Source: Pseudomonadota bacterium (GTDB lineage Bacteria; Myxococcota_A; Polyangia; Polyangiales; JAKSBK01). From it: a DNA stretch of 64,000 nucleotides. Positions within the stretch are counted from its first letter, which is position 1. The number at the start of each line of letters is the position of its first letter. Where the stretch lies: assembly GCA_022361155.1 (NCBI GenBank), contig JAKSBK010000095.1, forward strand, positions 27,462-91,461, given 5' to 3'. Made by a program: the position numbers and the translations under genes. This document shows, piece after piece, positions 16,221 through 24,882 of the stretch. The notes under the pieces were generated by a model that did no database searches, was not told where the DNA came from, and saw nothing but the letters and a program-made list of their open reading frames with translations.

Positions 16221-17303
16221 ATGGATCTGCAAGGACAAGATGGACTGCTGCACACGTACCGCGAACCGTGGCGGCGACGCGCCCCTGCGGCGTGGCTGCT
16301 TGGCGCGCTGCTTTTCTTGTTTTACCTGACGCTCTACTTCAGCGACTACCTCGATCCGGTTGCGCGGGCTGCGGGCCTGCCAAACCGATGGTTCCTCTAC
16401 GGGGCGCTCTACTCGTTGGCTATGACCGCTGGCGCCGTCTACTACCTCAAGCGTCACGGCAACAGTCGCTACAACCGCGTGCGCATCGCCGTGAACGTCG
16501 CGGTTCAGTACGTGCTCGCGTTTCTCCTGCCCTACGCCATGTTCGCGTTGCAGCAGAAGGACTACTACTTCTCCTATTTGTGGCCGCTGAAGATCGACGC
16601 CCTCTACCCGAGCTCGCTCACCTACTACCCGCTGTATATCGGGCTGTACGCCATCGGCGCCTCCCTGGTCGCCGCCCCCGTGCTGGCGGTCGTGTACGGC
16701 AAGCGCTGGTATTGCTCCTGGATCTGCGGCTGTGGCGGGCTCGCCAATACCTTTGGAGACCCCTTCCGGCATCTGGCCGACAAGTCCACGAAGTCGTGGC
16801 GTTTGGAGCAAGTGTCGGTTCATCTGGTGCTGCTGGTCGCGATCACCACGACGGCCTTGGTAGGCCTCGATTTCTTCATCGGAGACAAGCACCCCGGCTT
16901 TCACGCGATCGTCGGGGACATGCGCTCCGGCTATGGGCTCGTGGCTGGCGCGATCCTGTCCGGAGTCGTGGGCGTGGGCGTGTATCCCGTGCTCGGCCCG
17001 CGGGTGTGGTGCCGCTTCTTCTGCCCCATGGCGGCCATGCTCGGGCTGTTTCAAAAACTCGGGCGCTTTCGCATTCGGGTCAAGCCCAACATGTGCATCT
17101 CGTGCGGCAACTGCAGCGCGTACTGCGAGATGGGCATCGACGTGCGTTCCTACGCCCAGAGCAACACGAGCTTCACCCGCGCCTCGTGCGTTGGCTGCGG
17201 CATGTGTGCGCACGTTTGCCCTCGGGGCGTGCTCAGGCTCGAGAGCTCCTGGCCACGCTCAAAGGACAAGGCACGGCAACAGCTGCGTGTCCTGGATATC
17301 TGA
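16221..17303 (+). CDS. polytopic membrane 4Fe-4S ferredoxin-domain protein (NapH/MauN-like)
   Basis: Multiple TM helices. Cys motifs WYCSWICGCGG and WCRFFCPMAAM. Two ferredoxin motifs, CISCGNCSAYCEMG and CVGCGMCAHVCPRG. Start taken at ATG 16221. Confidence 0.85.
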   Translation: MDLQGQDGLLHTYREPWRRRAPAAWLLGALLFLFYLTLYFSDYLDPVARAAGLPNRWFLYGALYSLAMTAGAVYYLKRHGNSRYNRVRIAVNVAVQYVLAFLLPYAMFALQQKDYYFSYLWPLKIDALYPSSLTYYPLYIGLYAIGASLVAAPVLAVVYGKRWYCSWICGCGGLANTFGDPFRHLADKSTKSWRLEQVSVHLVLLVAITTTALVGLDFFIGDKHPGFHAIVGDMRSGYGLVAGAILSGVVGVGVYPVLGPRVWCRFFCPMAAMLGLFQKLGRFRIRVKPNMCISCGNCSAYCEMGIDVRSYAQSNTSFTRASCVGCGMCAHVCPRGVLRLESSWPRSKDKARQQLRVLDI

Positions 17304-17539
17304 GGATCCACCCCAAAGCGCAGATAATTGCGCACTCCAGGTGTCATGAAGGCTTGCGTCGCGACCGCAATGCTACACGGTTCGCAGAGCGGAAAACGAA
17401 TCGCGGAAGTGCTCGACTCGGGCGCGGCTGTCTCGAAGGGCGCCGGATTCAGGACGCTTGCTTGAACTTCGCTTCGCCCCTGCGCTAAAACCCCAGCATC
17501 CTGAGATTGTCCCGAACTCCCCAACCCGTAGGAACCAAC

Positions 17540-19357
17540 ATGCTCACGGCCAAACGCACCGCTTGCTTGCTGTCCGCGGCGCTAGGTCTCACCCTGCTGC
17601 CGCCCGCCGTCAGCCACGCTCAGAGCGTTCGCGTGGTCGTGCGGCCCTTTTCTGGCAAAGGCCGCGTAGCGCTCAGAAAGGCGGTGGTGGATGTGTTCTC
17701 GGACCGGAGCAGCATTCGCCTGGTGCCCAACGCCGATGCGGAGAAGGCCGCGCGCGAGCTCGGCGTCAGGCTGCATCGCAAGCGCGGAAAGATCGGCGCG
17801 GCTGGTGAGCTGGAACTATCGGCGTGGATCGAGGGAGCGATCGAGGGCGCCAAGCGCAACTGGCAGATCACCGTACGCGTCTACAACGGCCTGGACGGCG
17901 ACAAGCTGGACGAGGCCACCTTCCAGGCCAAAAGCCTGAACGGGCTTTCAAATATCCTTTCCCAGACCCTCTGGAATCGCCTGGGCGCGTCGGTTGAGCT
18001 CAGCAGTCCCCCCCTGCGCAAGCTACGACGGGCACCACCGCCCGCGCCCGCACCGGTGGCGACCCCGGCACCGGCCCCCCCCCGCAAGCGAGCCCGGGCC
18101 GCAGCGGACGACCTCTCGGCGCGGCCAGCGATCGGGTTTGGCACGCGCACCGTGGTGTTGCCGTTTCGGGGCCCAAGCAACAGCGTTGTACACCAGTCGG
18201 TCGTGAGCGCGCTGTTCAGTCAGCCGTCGGTCGTGCTCGTGCCGAGCAAGGCCGTGGCAGCGGCGGCCAAGAGCGCCCGTGCTGACCTGGCATCCGCCAG
18301 CGGGCGCGGAACCGTGGCCCAAAAACTGCGCGTGGCGACCTTCATCGCCGGGGAGGTCGAGAAGGACGGCAAGGACTACCAGGCGCGCATCCGCGTGCTC
18401 AATGCCTCGGACGGCGACCAGCTCGATGACGCGAAGTTCGCGGCGGCCGGCCTCGACAAGGTTGCCCGGCAAGTACAGGGCCGGCTGTGGGCGGAGCTCG
18501 GTGACGCCATCCGCCTGGGGCGCGCGCCCGGGGCAGCTCCCGCTGGCGCCCACGCGGCAGCCGGAGAGCATGGAGGCGGCGATCATGGGGGCGATCACGG
18601 CGGCGGGCACCATGGGATCGGGGTCATCGATACGCTACCGGCCCACGCCACTCGAGATGCTGGCGAATCACCGCTCGAAGTCGTTGGTGGCGAGCGCAAG
18701 GGCATCCGGGCGGAAGGCTATTGGTTCCCGCTTCGCCATCTGGGCAGCAGCTTCCTGGGCAACCTTGGAGCGGACGTGCGCTTGCGCGTGCACATTTCGA
18801 CCGACCAGTTCAGCGGTCCGATCGGCTACCAGCTAGGCGTGCGCTATCGCCTGCCGCTGGGCAAGCACGAGATCGCAGCCGTTGCAGGGCTCCTGTACGA
18901 GCCCACCGAAAAGACCGAGGATCTTCCAGGTGTCACCAACCCCGAGGATATGTTTCCAAGGCAAATCGGAAGCTACAGCTATTTGCGATACGGCGCCGAG
19001 GCGCGCTTTCTGGTTGTTGGGCAGTTGACGCTCGGCCTGCGGGGCCATTTGCTAACGGCCACGACGGCCCAAGAAAACGTGGATCCGGGGCACTGGGCCC
19101 CGAACGGCGGCTTTGATGGGGAGTTTTATCTGGCCCACCCGCTGGGATCCCGGATCGAGCTGCGCTTCGGAGTCGGGCTGCAGCACATCGACTACGGCCG
19201 TGTCTTGCTTCCAGGGCAGGACCCGGACTCGGCCACCGCTGCCGACACCGAGTTTGCCACCATTCTGGCCGCTATGTGGAGCCTCGACGGAATCGCAGGA
19301 ACCGCACGTGAGGGCCAATCGTCGGGCGCAGGCTCGCATGGCGGAGGGCACCACTAG
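17540..19357 (+). CDS. secreted protein with duplicated N-terminal module, His/Gly-rich tracts and a beta-barrel-like C-terminal region
   Basis: Signal peptide MLTAKRTACLLSAALGLTLLPPAVSHAQ. Two homologous ~150-aa modules (VRVVVRPFSG...WNRLG and RTVVLPFRGP...WAELG). HGGGDHGGDHGGGHHG and a terminal GSHGGGHH. The C-terminal part has alternating hydrophobic strands. Confidence 0.7.
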   Translation: MLTAKRTACLLSAALGLTLLPPAVSHAQSVRVVVRPFSGKGRVALRKAVVDVFSDRSSIRLVPNADAEKAARELGVRLHRKRGKIGAAGELELSAWIEGAIEGAKRNWQITVRVYNGLDGDKLDEATFQAKSLNGLSNILSQTLWNRLGASVELSSPPLRKLRRAPPPAPAPVATPAPAPPRKRARAAADDLSARPAIGFGTRTVVLPFRGPSNSVVHQSVVSALFSQPSVVLVPSKAVAAAAKSARADLASASGRGTVAQKLRVATFIAGEVEKDGKDYQARIRVLNASDGDQLDDAKFAAAGLDKVARQVQGRLWAELGDAIRLGRAPGAAPAGAHAAAGEHGGGDHGGDHGGGHHGIGVIDTLPAHATRDAGESPLEVVGGERKGIRAEGYWFPLRHLGSSFLGNLGADVRLRVHISTDQFSGPIGYQLGVRYRLPLGKHEIAAVAGLLYEPTEKTEDLPGVTNPEDMFPRQIGSYSYLRYGAEARFLVVGQLTLGLRGHLLTATTAQENVDPGHWAPNGGFDGEFYLAHPLGSRIELRFGVGLQHIDYGRVLLPGQDPDSATAADTEFATILAAMWSLDGIAGTAREGQSSGAGSHGGGHH

Positions 19358-19455
19358 CCCATATGTAGCCAATTGTAGGCGTGCGCGAGGGGTCCCAGGC
19401 CTCATACTGTTAGTATGGGCACTACTGGGCATATCCCTGAACGTAGAACCCCAAG

Positions 19456-20067
19456 TTGGATCGGTCGCCGGCTGTTCACGGAGGTGGAGAGGCGGAACCC
19501 GGCTTGAGGACGTTGTGGGTTGCGCTGCTGTTGTCCGGTTGCACCGCCGGCTTGCCGCGGGGGGCCACGACACCCGACGGGCCGCAGCGTGCGGCGCTCT
19601 CGGCCGCGATCGAGACCTGGCGCGCAGCCGGCCTTCCGTGGCGGGCTCAGTGTGACGAGGAATACACGCGCCTGCATATCGTAGTGGCGCCTCCCGATAC
19701 CTTCACACACGTTTGCCGTAACCGGCCGCTCAAGGCTGGCGGCAGGCTGTATGCATGCTCGCTCACGCAGCGGGAACACACCTGGCCCTGGTCGGTGCTC
19801 GACAGGGACCGTGTTCCGTTGCTGGTGATCAGCGCGCTCGAGCCTCGGGATCACCGCCGGCGGCTGGTTATCCACGAGGCCATGCACTGGCTCGGCCACT
19901 GCTCGGGCAAGGGCATCGATTACGGCCATGCTGATGTTCGTGTATGGCAGCGAGTCCTGGGCGTTGCCGAGCAGCGAATGAAGTCCAGGCTGGCGGCGGC
20001 GAAGCACGGCTTCGGGCCCCGCCACGCGCTCATGTTCGGAGGGATACCGGCCGAAAACAGAAGGTGA
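19456..20067 (+). CDS. putative lipoprotein with HExxH metallopeptidase-like motif
   Basis: Lipobox LLLSGC. The TTG 19504 start gives MRTLWVALLLSGC. Motif VIHEAMHWLGH. Confidence 0.55.
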   Translation: MDRSPAVHGGGEAEPGLRTLWVALLLSGCTAGLPRGATTPDGPQRAALSAAIETWRAAGLPWRAQCDEEYTRLHIVVAPPDTFTHVCRNRPLKAGGRLYACSLTQREHTWPWSVLDRDRVPLLVISALEPRDHRRRLVIHEAMHWLGHCSGKGIDYGHADVRVWQRVLGVAEQRMKSRLAAAKHGFGPRHALMFGGIPAENRR

Positions 20068-20079
20068 GGCCACCCGCCG

Positions 20080-20310
20080 GTGAGCAGATCCCCAAGAAAA
20101 GCCCGTCGTTGCCGTCCTAGGCCCAGCCCCGACAACGCGGCTGCGGTGACCGGCCCCCGCGAGGGAACGCTGGCGCCTCACGCGCCTGCCGAATCGGAGT
20201 CCATGGCCCATCTACGCAAGGACAAGGTCGCGCGCTTGCGCCGGGCCATCAAGAACGGTTCTTTTCGCGTCGATGTCGATCGCCTGGTGGACGAGATGCT
20301 GGGTCTCTGA
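20080..20310 (+). CDS. FlgM-family (anti-sigma-28-like) small protein
   Basis: The C-terminus KVARLRRAIKNGSFRVDVDRLVDEML closely follows the FlgM C-terminal helix pattern (compare Salmonella [26 protein letters not shown]). The N-terminal half is basic and disordered. Confidence 0.6.
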   Translation: MSRSPRKARRCRPRPSPDNAAAVTGPREGTLAPHAPAESESMAHLRKDKVARLRRAIKNGSFRVDVDRLVDEMLGL

Positions 20311-20355
20311 CACGCGGGCGCTCTGCCGTGCCTCGCGGCGTGCTCAATCGGGCGC

Positions 20356-20832
20356 GTGGACATGGCCGGGCCAGCATGCTTAGTTAGCCCAAAGGGGGGC
20401 GGAGGGTTCCCGATGGGACGCGAGGGTATCGACCCACAGCAAGCCGACCGGGAATTGAGGACGCGGGCTGCCCGTATCCGCTCGGAGGATCTCGAGCGTA
20501 TCCTGGAGCGAAAACAGGAGTTGCAGAACAAGCTGGAGCACGTTCCCGGCAAGTTCGGCCAGCTCGTCAATCAGGTCAAGCTCCTGTTCGAGATGATCAA
20601 GGACTACTGGCAGGGCAACTACAGCACCGTGCCATGGACCTCCATAGCCATGGCGGCCGGAGCGCTTCTGTATTTCCTGGCCCCTATCGACCTCATGCCC
20701 GATTTCTTCCCCGGGGTCGGATACGTGGACGACGCGCTGGTCGTGGCGCTGGCGATCAACGCGCTGCAGGAAGATCTGCGCGCGTATTGCGCGTTCAAGG
20801 GCTACGACTTCGCCAAGTACTTTGGGGGTTAA
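20356..20832 (+). CDS. DUF1232 (YkvA-family) membrane protein
   Basis: Signature LAPIDLMPDFFPGVGYVDDALVVALAINAL. The start could be the internal Met at 20413. Confidence 0.75.
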   Translation: MDMAGPACLVSPKGGGGFPMGREGIDPQQADRELRTRAARIRSEDLERILERKQELQNKLEHVPGKFGQLVNQVKLLFEMIKDYWQGNYSTVPWTSIAMAAGALLYFLAPIDLMPDFFPGVGYVDDALVVALAINALQEDLRAYCAFKGYDFAKYFGG

Positions 20833-20887
20833 GGTACTGGCCACCCTGCGTTGCAAGCTAGCCGGCCGGTGATACACAGCGGCTGCG

Positions 20888-22291
20888 ATGGCCAGCCAGC
20901 CTGCCAGGGGTACCCGGGATTTCTTGCCTGACGACGTGCGCAAGCGCGAGCACGTGACGTCCATCATCCGGCGCGTGTACGAGTCGCACGGTTTCGAGGC
21001 GCTCGAGACGCCGTGCTTCGAGCGCCTCGAGACCCTGCTCGGCAAGTACGGCGAGGAAGGGGACCAGCTGCTGTTCAAGGTGCTGTTGCGGGGTCAGCCC
21101 CTGGTCAGCGGAATCCGACAGGCCGCGGAGCTGCTCGAGCGCTCGGGCACGGTCGTGCATGGACGCAGCGGTGAGACTGCGCCGGCGGCCGAGCAGCGCC
21201 TCTCGGATCTCGGCCTGCGCTACGATCTCACGGTCCCGCTGGCTCGCGTGGTCGCGGCGCATCAGGGCAAGCTTCCTGCCGTGTTCAAGCGCTACCAGAT
21301 TCAGCCGGTGTGGCGCGCGGATACCCCCGGGAAAGGACGCTTCCGCGAGTTCTACCAGTGCGACGTGGATGTGATCGGCTCCTCCTCGCTGCTGGTAGAG
21401 GCAGAGGTGGCGAGCGCGGCCTGCGAGTGCATGCAGCGGCTGGGTTTCGCCTCCTTCCGCGTGCGGCTCAACCATCGCTTGCTGCTCAAGGCCGTGATGC
21501 AGCGTGCCGGCATCGCCGCTCACCAGCAGCTCGCCGCCATCACCGCGCTCGACAAGCTCGACAAGATCGGCCTGCCCGGCGTCGAAAAAGAGCTGCTCGC
21601 TCGCGGCATCGAATCCGCAAGTTGCACGAGGCTACTCGAGATCGTGGGCGAGTCTGCAAGCATGGTCACCATGCGCGAACAGCTGAGTGGTAGCGACCTG
21701 GGCCGGCAGGCGTTGTCCGATGTGGATCGCGTACTCGAGCTGGCCGCGCTGACACCGGCTGCGCGTCATCTGGAGTTCGACGTCTCGTTGGCTCGTGGGC
21801 TCGGCTACTACACGGGCTGCATCTTCGAGATAGCCGTCCCCGATCTTGCAGGCTCGCTGGGGGCCGGCGGGCGCTACGATGGGCTGATCGGCATGTTTCT
21901 AGGCAAGGACATGCCCGCTTGCGGCATCTCGCTTGGGCTCGAGCGTATCCTGGTCGTGATGCAAGAGCGCGGGATGTTCCCTGCTGCCATGGCCCACGCA
22001 GACGTCGTCCTGAGCGCGACGCATGAAGACGACCTTGGAGCAGCCCTGGTGCTCAGCCAGAAGCTGCGCTCTGCGGGCCTGCGAGTGGACCTGCGACCCA
22101 AAGCCACCAAGCCGGGCCCGCTGCGCAAGTATGCCGACGCCCGCGGCGTTGTGTCCGCGGTGTGGTTCGAGCGCGGACAGGCCGATCACCTCAAGATCTG
22201 GCGCAAGGAGCGCGGAGTCCTGGGCGGTGACCTGTCTCCCGAGGCCCTGCTGACCGAGCTGATCCGTCCGAACCAAGCCCCGTCCGGATAG
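20888..22291 (+). CDS. hisS: histidine--tRNA ligase
   Basis: N-terminal PARGTRDFLPDD, class II motifs (FRYERPQ-equivalent WRADTPGKGRFREFYQCD, GGRYDGL), and a C-terminal anticodon-binding domain. Confidence 0.95.
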   Translation: MASQPARGTRDFLPDDVRKREHVTSIIRRVYESHGFEALETPCFERLETLLGKYGEEGDQLLFKVLLRGQPLVSGIRQAAELLERSGTVVHGRSGETAPAAEQRLSDLGLRYDLTVPLARVVAAHQGKLPAVFKRYQIQPVWRADTPGKGRFREFYQCDVDVIGSSSLLVEAEVASAACECMQRLGFASFRVRLNHRLLLKAVMQRAGIAAHQQLAAITALDKLDKIGLPGVEKELLARGIESASCTRLLEIVGESASMVTMREQLSGSDLGRQALSDVDRVLELAALTPAARHLEFDVSLARGLGYYTGCIFEIAVPDLAGSLGAGGRYDGLIGMFLGKDMPACGISLGLERILVVMQERGMFPAAMAHADVVLSATHEDDLGAALVLSQKLRSAGLRVDLRPKATKPGPLRKYADARGVVSAVWFERGQADHLKIWRKERGVLGGDLSPEALLTELIRPNQAPSG

Positions 22292-22478
22292 GACTGTCCG
22301 AAGACCTGGACACAGCACCGCGCGGCTCACCGTTGCCACTCGAGGACGCGGCGGCCGGCACGGTTGGATCGGCCGGAGGACGGTGACCGATGAGGGCCGA
22401 TTCTCCCGTCTCGAAGCAGGCTACGTGCGCAGAGCGACCGTGCCCGGAGCACTCGATTGGAATCGGCAATCCCCGGAA

Positions 22479-23624
22479 CTACCCCAGCGCCCAGAAGGCG
22501 GCGGCCACAGCCCCAGCCACGCTGAGGCCGAGCGCAAAGCCCACGAGGACCAGGGGCACGGGCGAGCGCGCGCTCGGCGGTGGTGTGGGCGTGGCCGCGG
22601 CCGAGCTGCCGACTCCCACGTGCGCGTCGTTGGATGGAGCCGACACCGGCCCAGTCGGCTCGGTGGCAGCGGCCCGCGCGGACCGGGTCTTCGTGCTTGG
22701 GACGGCCGCGCCCGCTATCGCATGGCGCGCGCTACTGACGGCGGCGCCTGTTAGGCAGCCCTTGAGCGCGAGCCCGAATTCCGCGGCAGTAGGATAGCGC
22801 TTGCCCGCGTCCTTCTCGAGCGCCTTCATGATTGCGGTCTCGAGCTGGGCCGAGAATTGCTTGCTCTTGCTGCGATCGTTGAGTCGAATGGGCTCGCTGG
22901 TCACCTGGGCCTTCATGAACTCGAGCGCGTTGCGCGCGTCAAAGGGCAACCTGCCGGTGAGCAGCTCGTACAAGATCATGCCGAGCGCGTAGATGTCCGA
23001 GCGTGCGTCGAGCTCCTTGCCCTGGGCTTGTTCCGGGCTCATGAACTCCGGCGTCCCAAACACCATGCCCTGCTTGGTCAAGATGATCGAGTCGGGCCGC
23101 ATCTGCTTTTGGGTGACCTTGGCCAGTCCGAAATCGAGCACCTTCGGGTAGTCGCGGATGCCACCCTGCTGGGTCAGGAAGATGTTCTCCGGCTTCAGAT
23201 CGCGGTGAATGATGCCCAGCTTGTGGGCCTCGTCGAGTGCGCCGCAAACCTGTACCATGATGTTGAGCGCTCGCTCCGGCCCCATGGGGCCTTCGGCGCG
23301 CACGACCTGGGCCAGATTCCGCCCCTTCAGGTACTCCATTACGAAGTAGGCGCAACCGTTGTCGAGCTCGCCGAAAAGGAATACCCGGGCGGTATGGGGA
23401 TGAGACAGCTGACTCATGGCGCGCGCCTCACGCCGGAAGCGCGCGCTCACGTCGGCTCGCGCAGCGTACTTGGAATGCAGCACCTTGATAGCCACTTCGC
23501 GGTTCATGCTGGGCTGCTGGGCCAGATAAACCGAGCCCATGCCTCCGGTGCCGATCCTCGACGTGATGCGAAACTGCCCTGCAACCTCTTTGCCCAGGAG
23601 GGAGTCAGCCACAGCACTCAGCAT
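22479..23624 (-). CDS. Ser/Thr protein kinase with C-terminal membrane anchor
   Basis: GTGGMGSVYLA, AIKVL, HRDLKPENIFL, DFGLAK, and GTPEFMSPEQ. The C-terminal TM helix is PLVLVGFALGLSVAGAVAAAFWAL. Confidence 0.92.
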   Translation of the reverse strand: MLSAVADSLLGKEVAGQFRITSRIGTGGMGSVYLAQQPSMNREVAIKVLHSKYAARADVSARFRREARAMSQLSHPHTARVFLFGELDNGCAYFVMEYLKGRNLAQVVRAEGPMGPERALNIMVQVCGALDEAHKLGIIHRDLKPENIFLTQQGGIRDYPKVLDFGLAKVTQKQMRPDSIILTKQGMVFGTPEFMSPEQAQGKELDARSDIYALGMILYELLTGRLPFDARNALEFMKAQVTSEPIRLNDRSKSKQFSAQLETAIMKALEKDAGKRYPTAAEFGLALKGCLTGAAVSSARHAIAGAAVPSTKTRSARAAATEPTGPVSAPSNDAHVGVGSSAAATPTPPPSARSPVPLVLVGFALGLSVAGAVAAAFWALG

Positions 23625-23715
23625 ACCATTGTTAGCGCGTTTCCGTGGGCCATGACAGACTCGACCCCGAACCCAACATCGACTCTTTCGCCCGCTTCTT
23701 GACGGTGCAGCGCCG

Positions 23716-24882
23716 GTGACAACGAGCCGCCCACCAGCGAGGCACGCCTCGCCTTACCCGTACGGGCGCTGGCCCAAGCTGAGCCGCGGCCAGGTGGAGC
23801 TGCTCCGTCGCTGCGTGCACCGATTCGCTGGTATCGAACTGGGTATGGCTCTCGATACCGCCAGCAAGCTGCTCGGCGCGCCCGTACGGTTCCGACTCAC
23901 CGGGGCTCGGCCGGGGCCGCCCGAAGATGCCTTGCCGCCGGATGGCCGGCCCGTGGTGGTCGCGGTGATCGACGACGCCGCAGGCCATTTGTGGGTCGCT
24001 GAGATCGACCAGCTGCTGGCGGCCGTGGTGGTGGACCGTGCGCTCGGGGGCGACGGCAACTCGGGCATCGGGCGCGGGGTGTTCCCAGCGGACGAGTTCT
24101 CCAAGGGGGTGCTGGCCTACGTGCTGGCACGTTTACTGGCTCCCAGCGGGCAATGCTTGTGCGCGATCGATGTCCGACCCGAACGGATCAGCTCCCTGAA
24201 GCGGTCAGCGCCCTGCGATGCCGGCGCGTGCTTCGAGGTCTGGGTCGAGCCCGTCCGCGGCCATGTGCAGCTGTGGACCAGCGCGTCCGCGTGGTCCTCT
24301 TGCGGCGCGCCGCAGCTGCCCCCGGCCCGACTGCCGGACACGCTTGCGCGCACACTGCCGTTTGCGCTAGCCGCCGACGCGGGCCAGGCCCAGCTCGAGC
24401 TTTCGGAGCTGCGGTCGCTGCTCCCTGGCGACATACTGGTGCCTGACGCCTGCGCGCTGTGCAGGGTCGAAGACGGCTGGCGGGGCCGAGCAGAGCTATC
24501 GCTCGGGGGCACAAAGCACACGCACTGCTCCTGCCATGTGCACGATGAGGCTCTGGTGATCGAGCGTGTTCTTCGAGTACAAGACGGGGCCATGGGCGAC
24601 AGCAAGTCTCACGAAGCGGAACAGGAGCCTTTTGACCCGCTCGTCCCCGCAGGCGACACACCGATCGAGCTTCGAGTGGAGCTCGCTCGCTTCCATCTGA
24701 CCCTGGCGGAGCTCGCAGCCCTACAGCCCGGTCAGGTCCTGAGCACGGGACGGCGGATAGGGGAGCACGTGGTGTTGCGAGCCGGCCCGGCGGCCATGGC
24801 CACGGGCGAGCTCGTGGACATCGAAGGCGAGGTCGGCGTGCGCATCGTTCGCGTGGCCGAGGACCCGGCCGCGGCTTCTTGA
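23716..24882 (+). CDS. SctQ/YscQ/FliN-like protein (SpoA domain at C-terminus)
   Basis: The C-terminal ~70 aa, IELRVELARFHLTLAELAALQPGQVLSTGRRIGEHVVLRAGPAAMATGELVDIEGEVGVRIVRV, fits the FliN/SpoA pattern. GTG start. Confidence 0.7.
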   Translation: MTTSRPPARHASPYPYGRWPKLSRGQVELLRRCVHRFAGIELGMALDTASKLLGAPVRFRLTGARPGPPEDALPPDGRPVVVAVIDDAAGHLWVAEIDQLLAAVVVDRALGGDGNSGIGRGVFPADEFSKGVLAYVLARLLAPSGQCLCAIDVRPERISSLKRSAPCDAGACFEVWVEPVRGHVQLWTSASAWSSCGAPQLPPARLPDTLARTLPFALAADAGQAQLELSELRSLLPGDILVPDACALCRVEDGWRGRAELSLGGTKHTHCSCHVHDEALVIERVLRVQDGAMGDSKSHEAEQEPFDPLVPAGDTPIELRVELARFHLTLAELAALQPGQVLSTGRRIGEHVVLRAGPAAMATGELVDIEGEVGVRIVRVAEDPAAAS

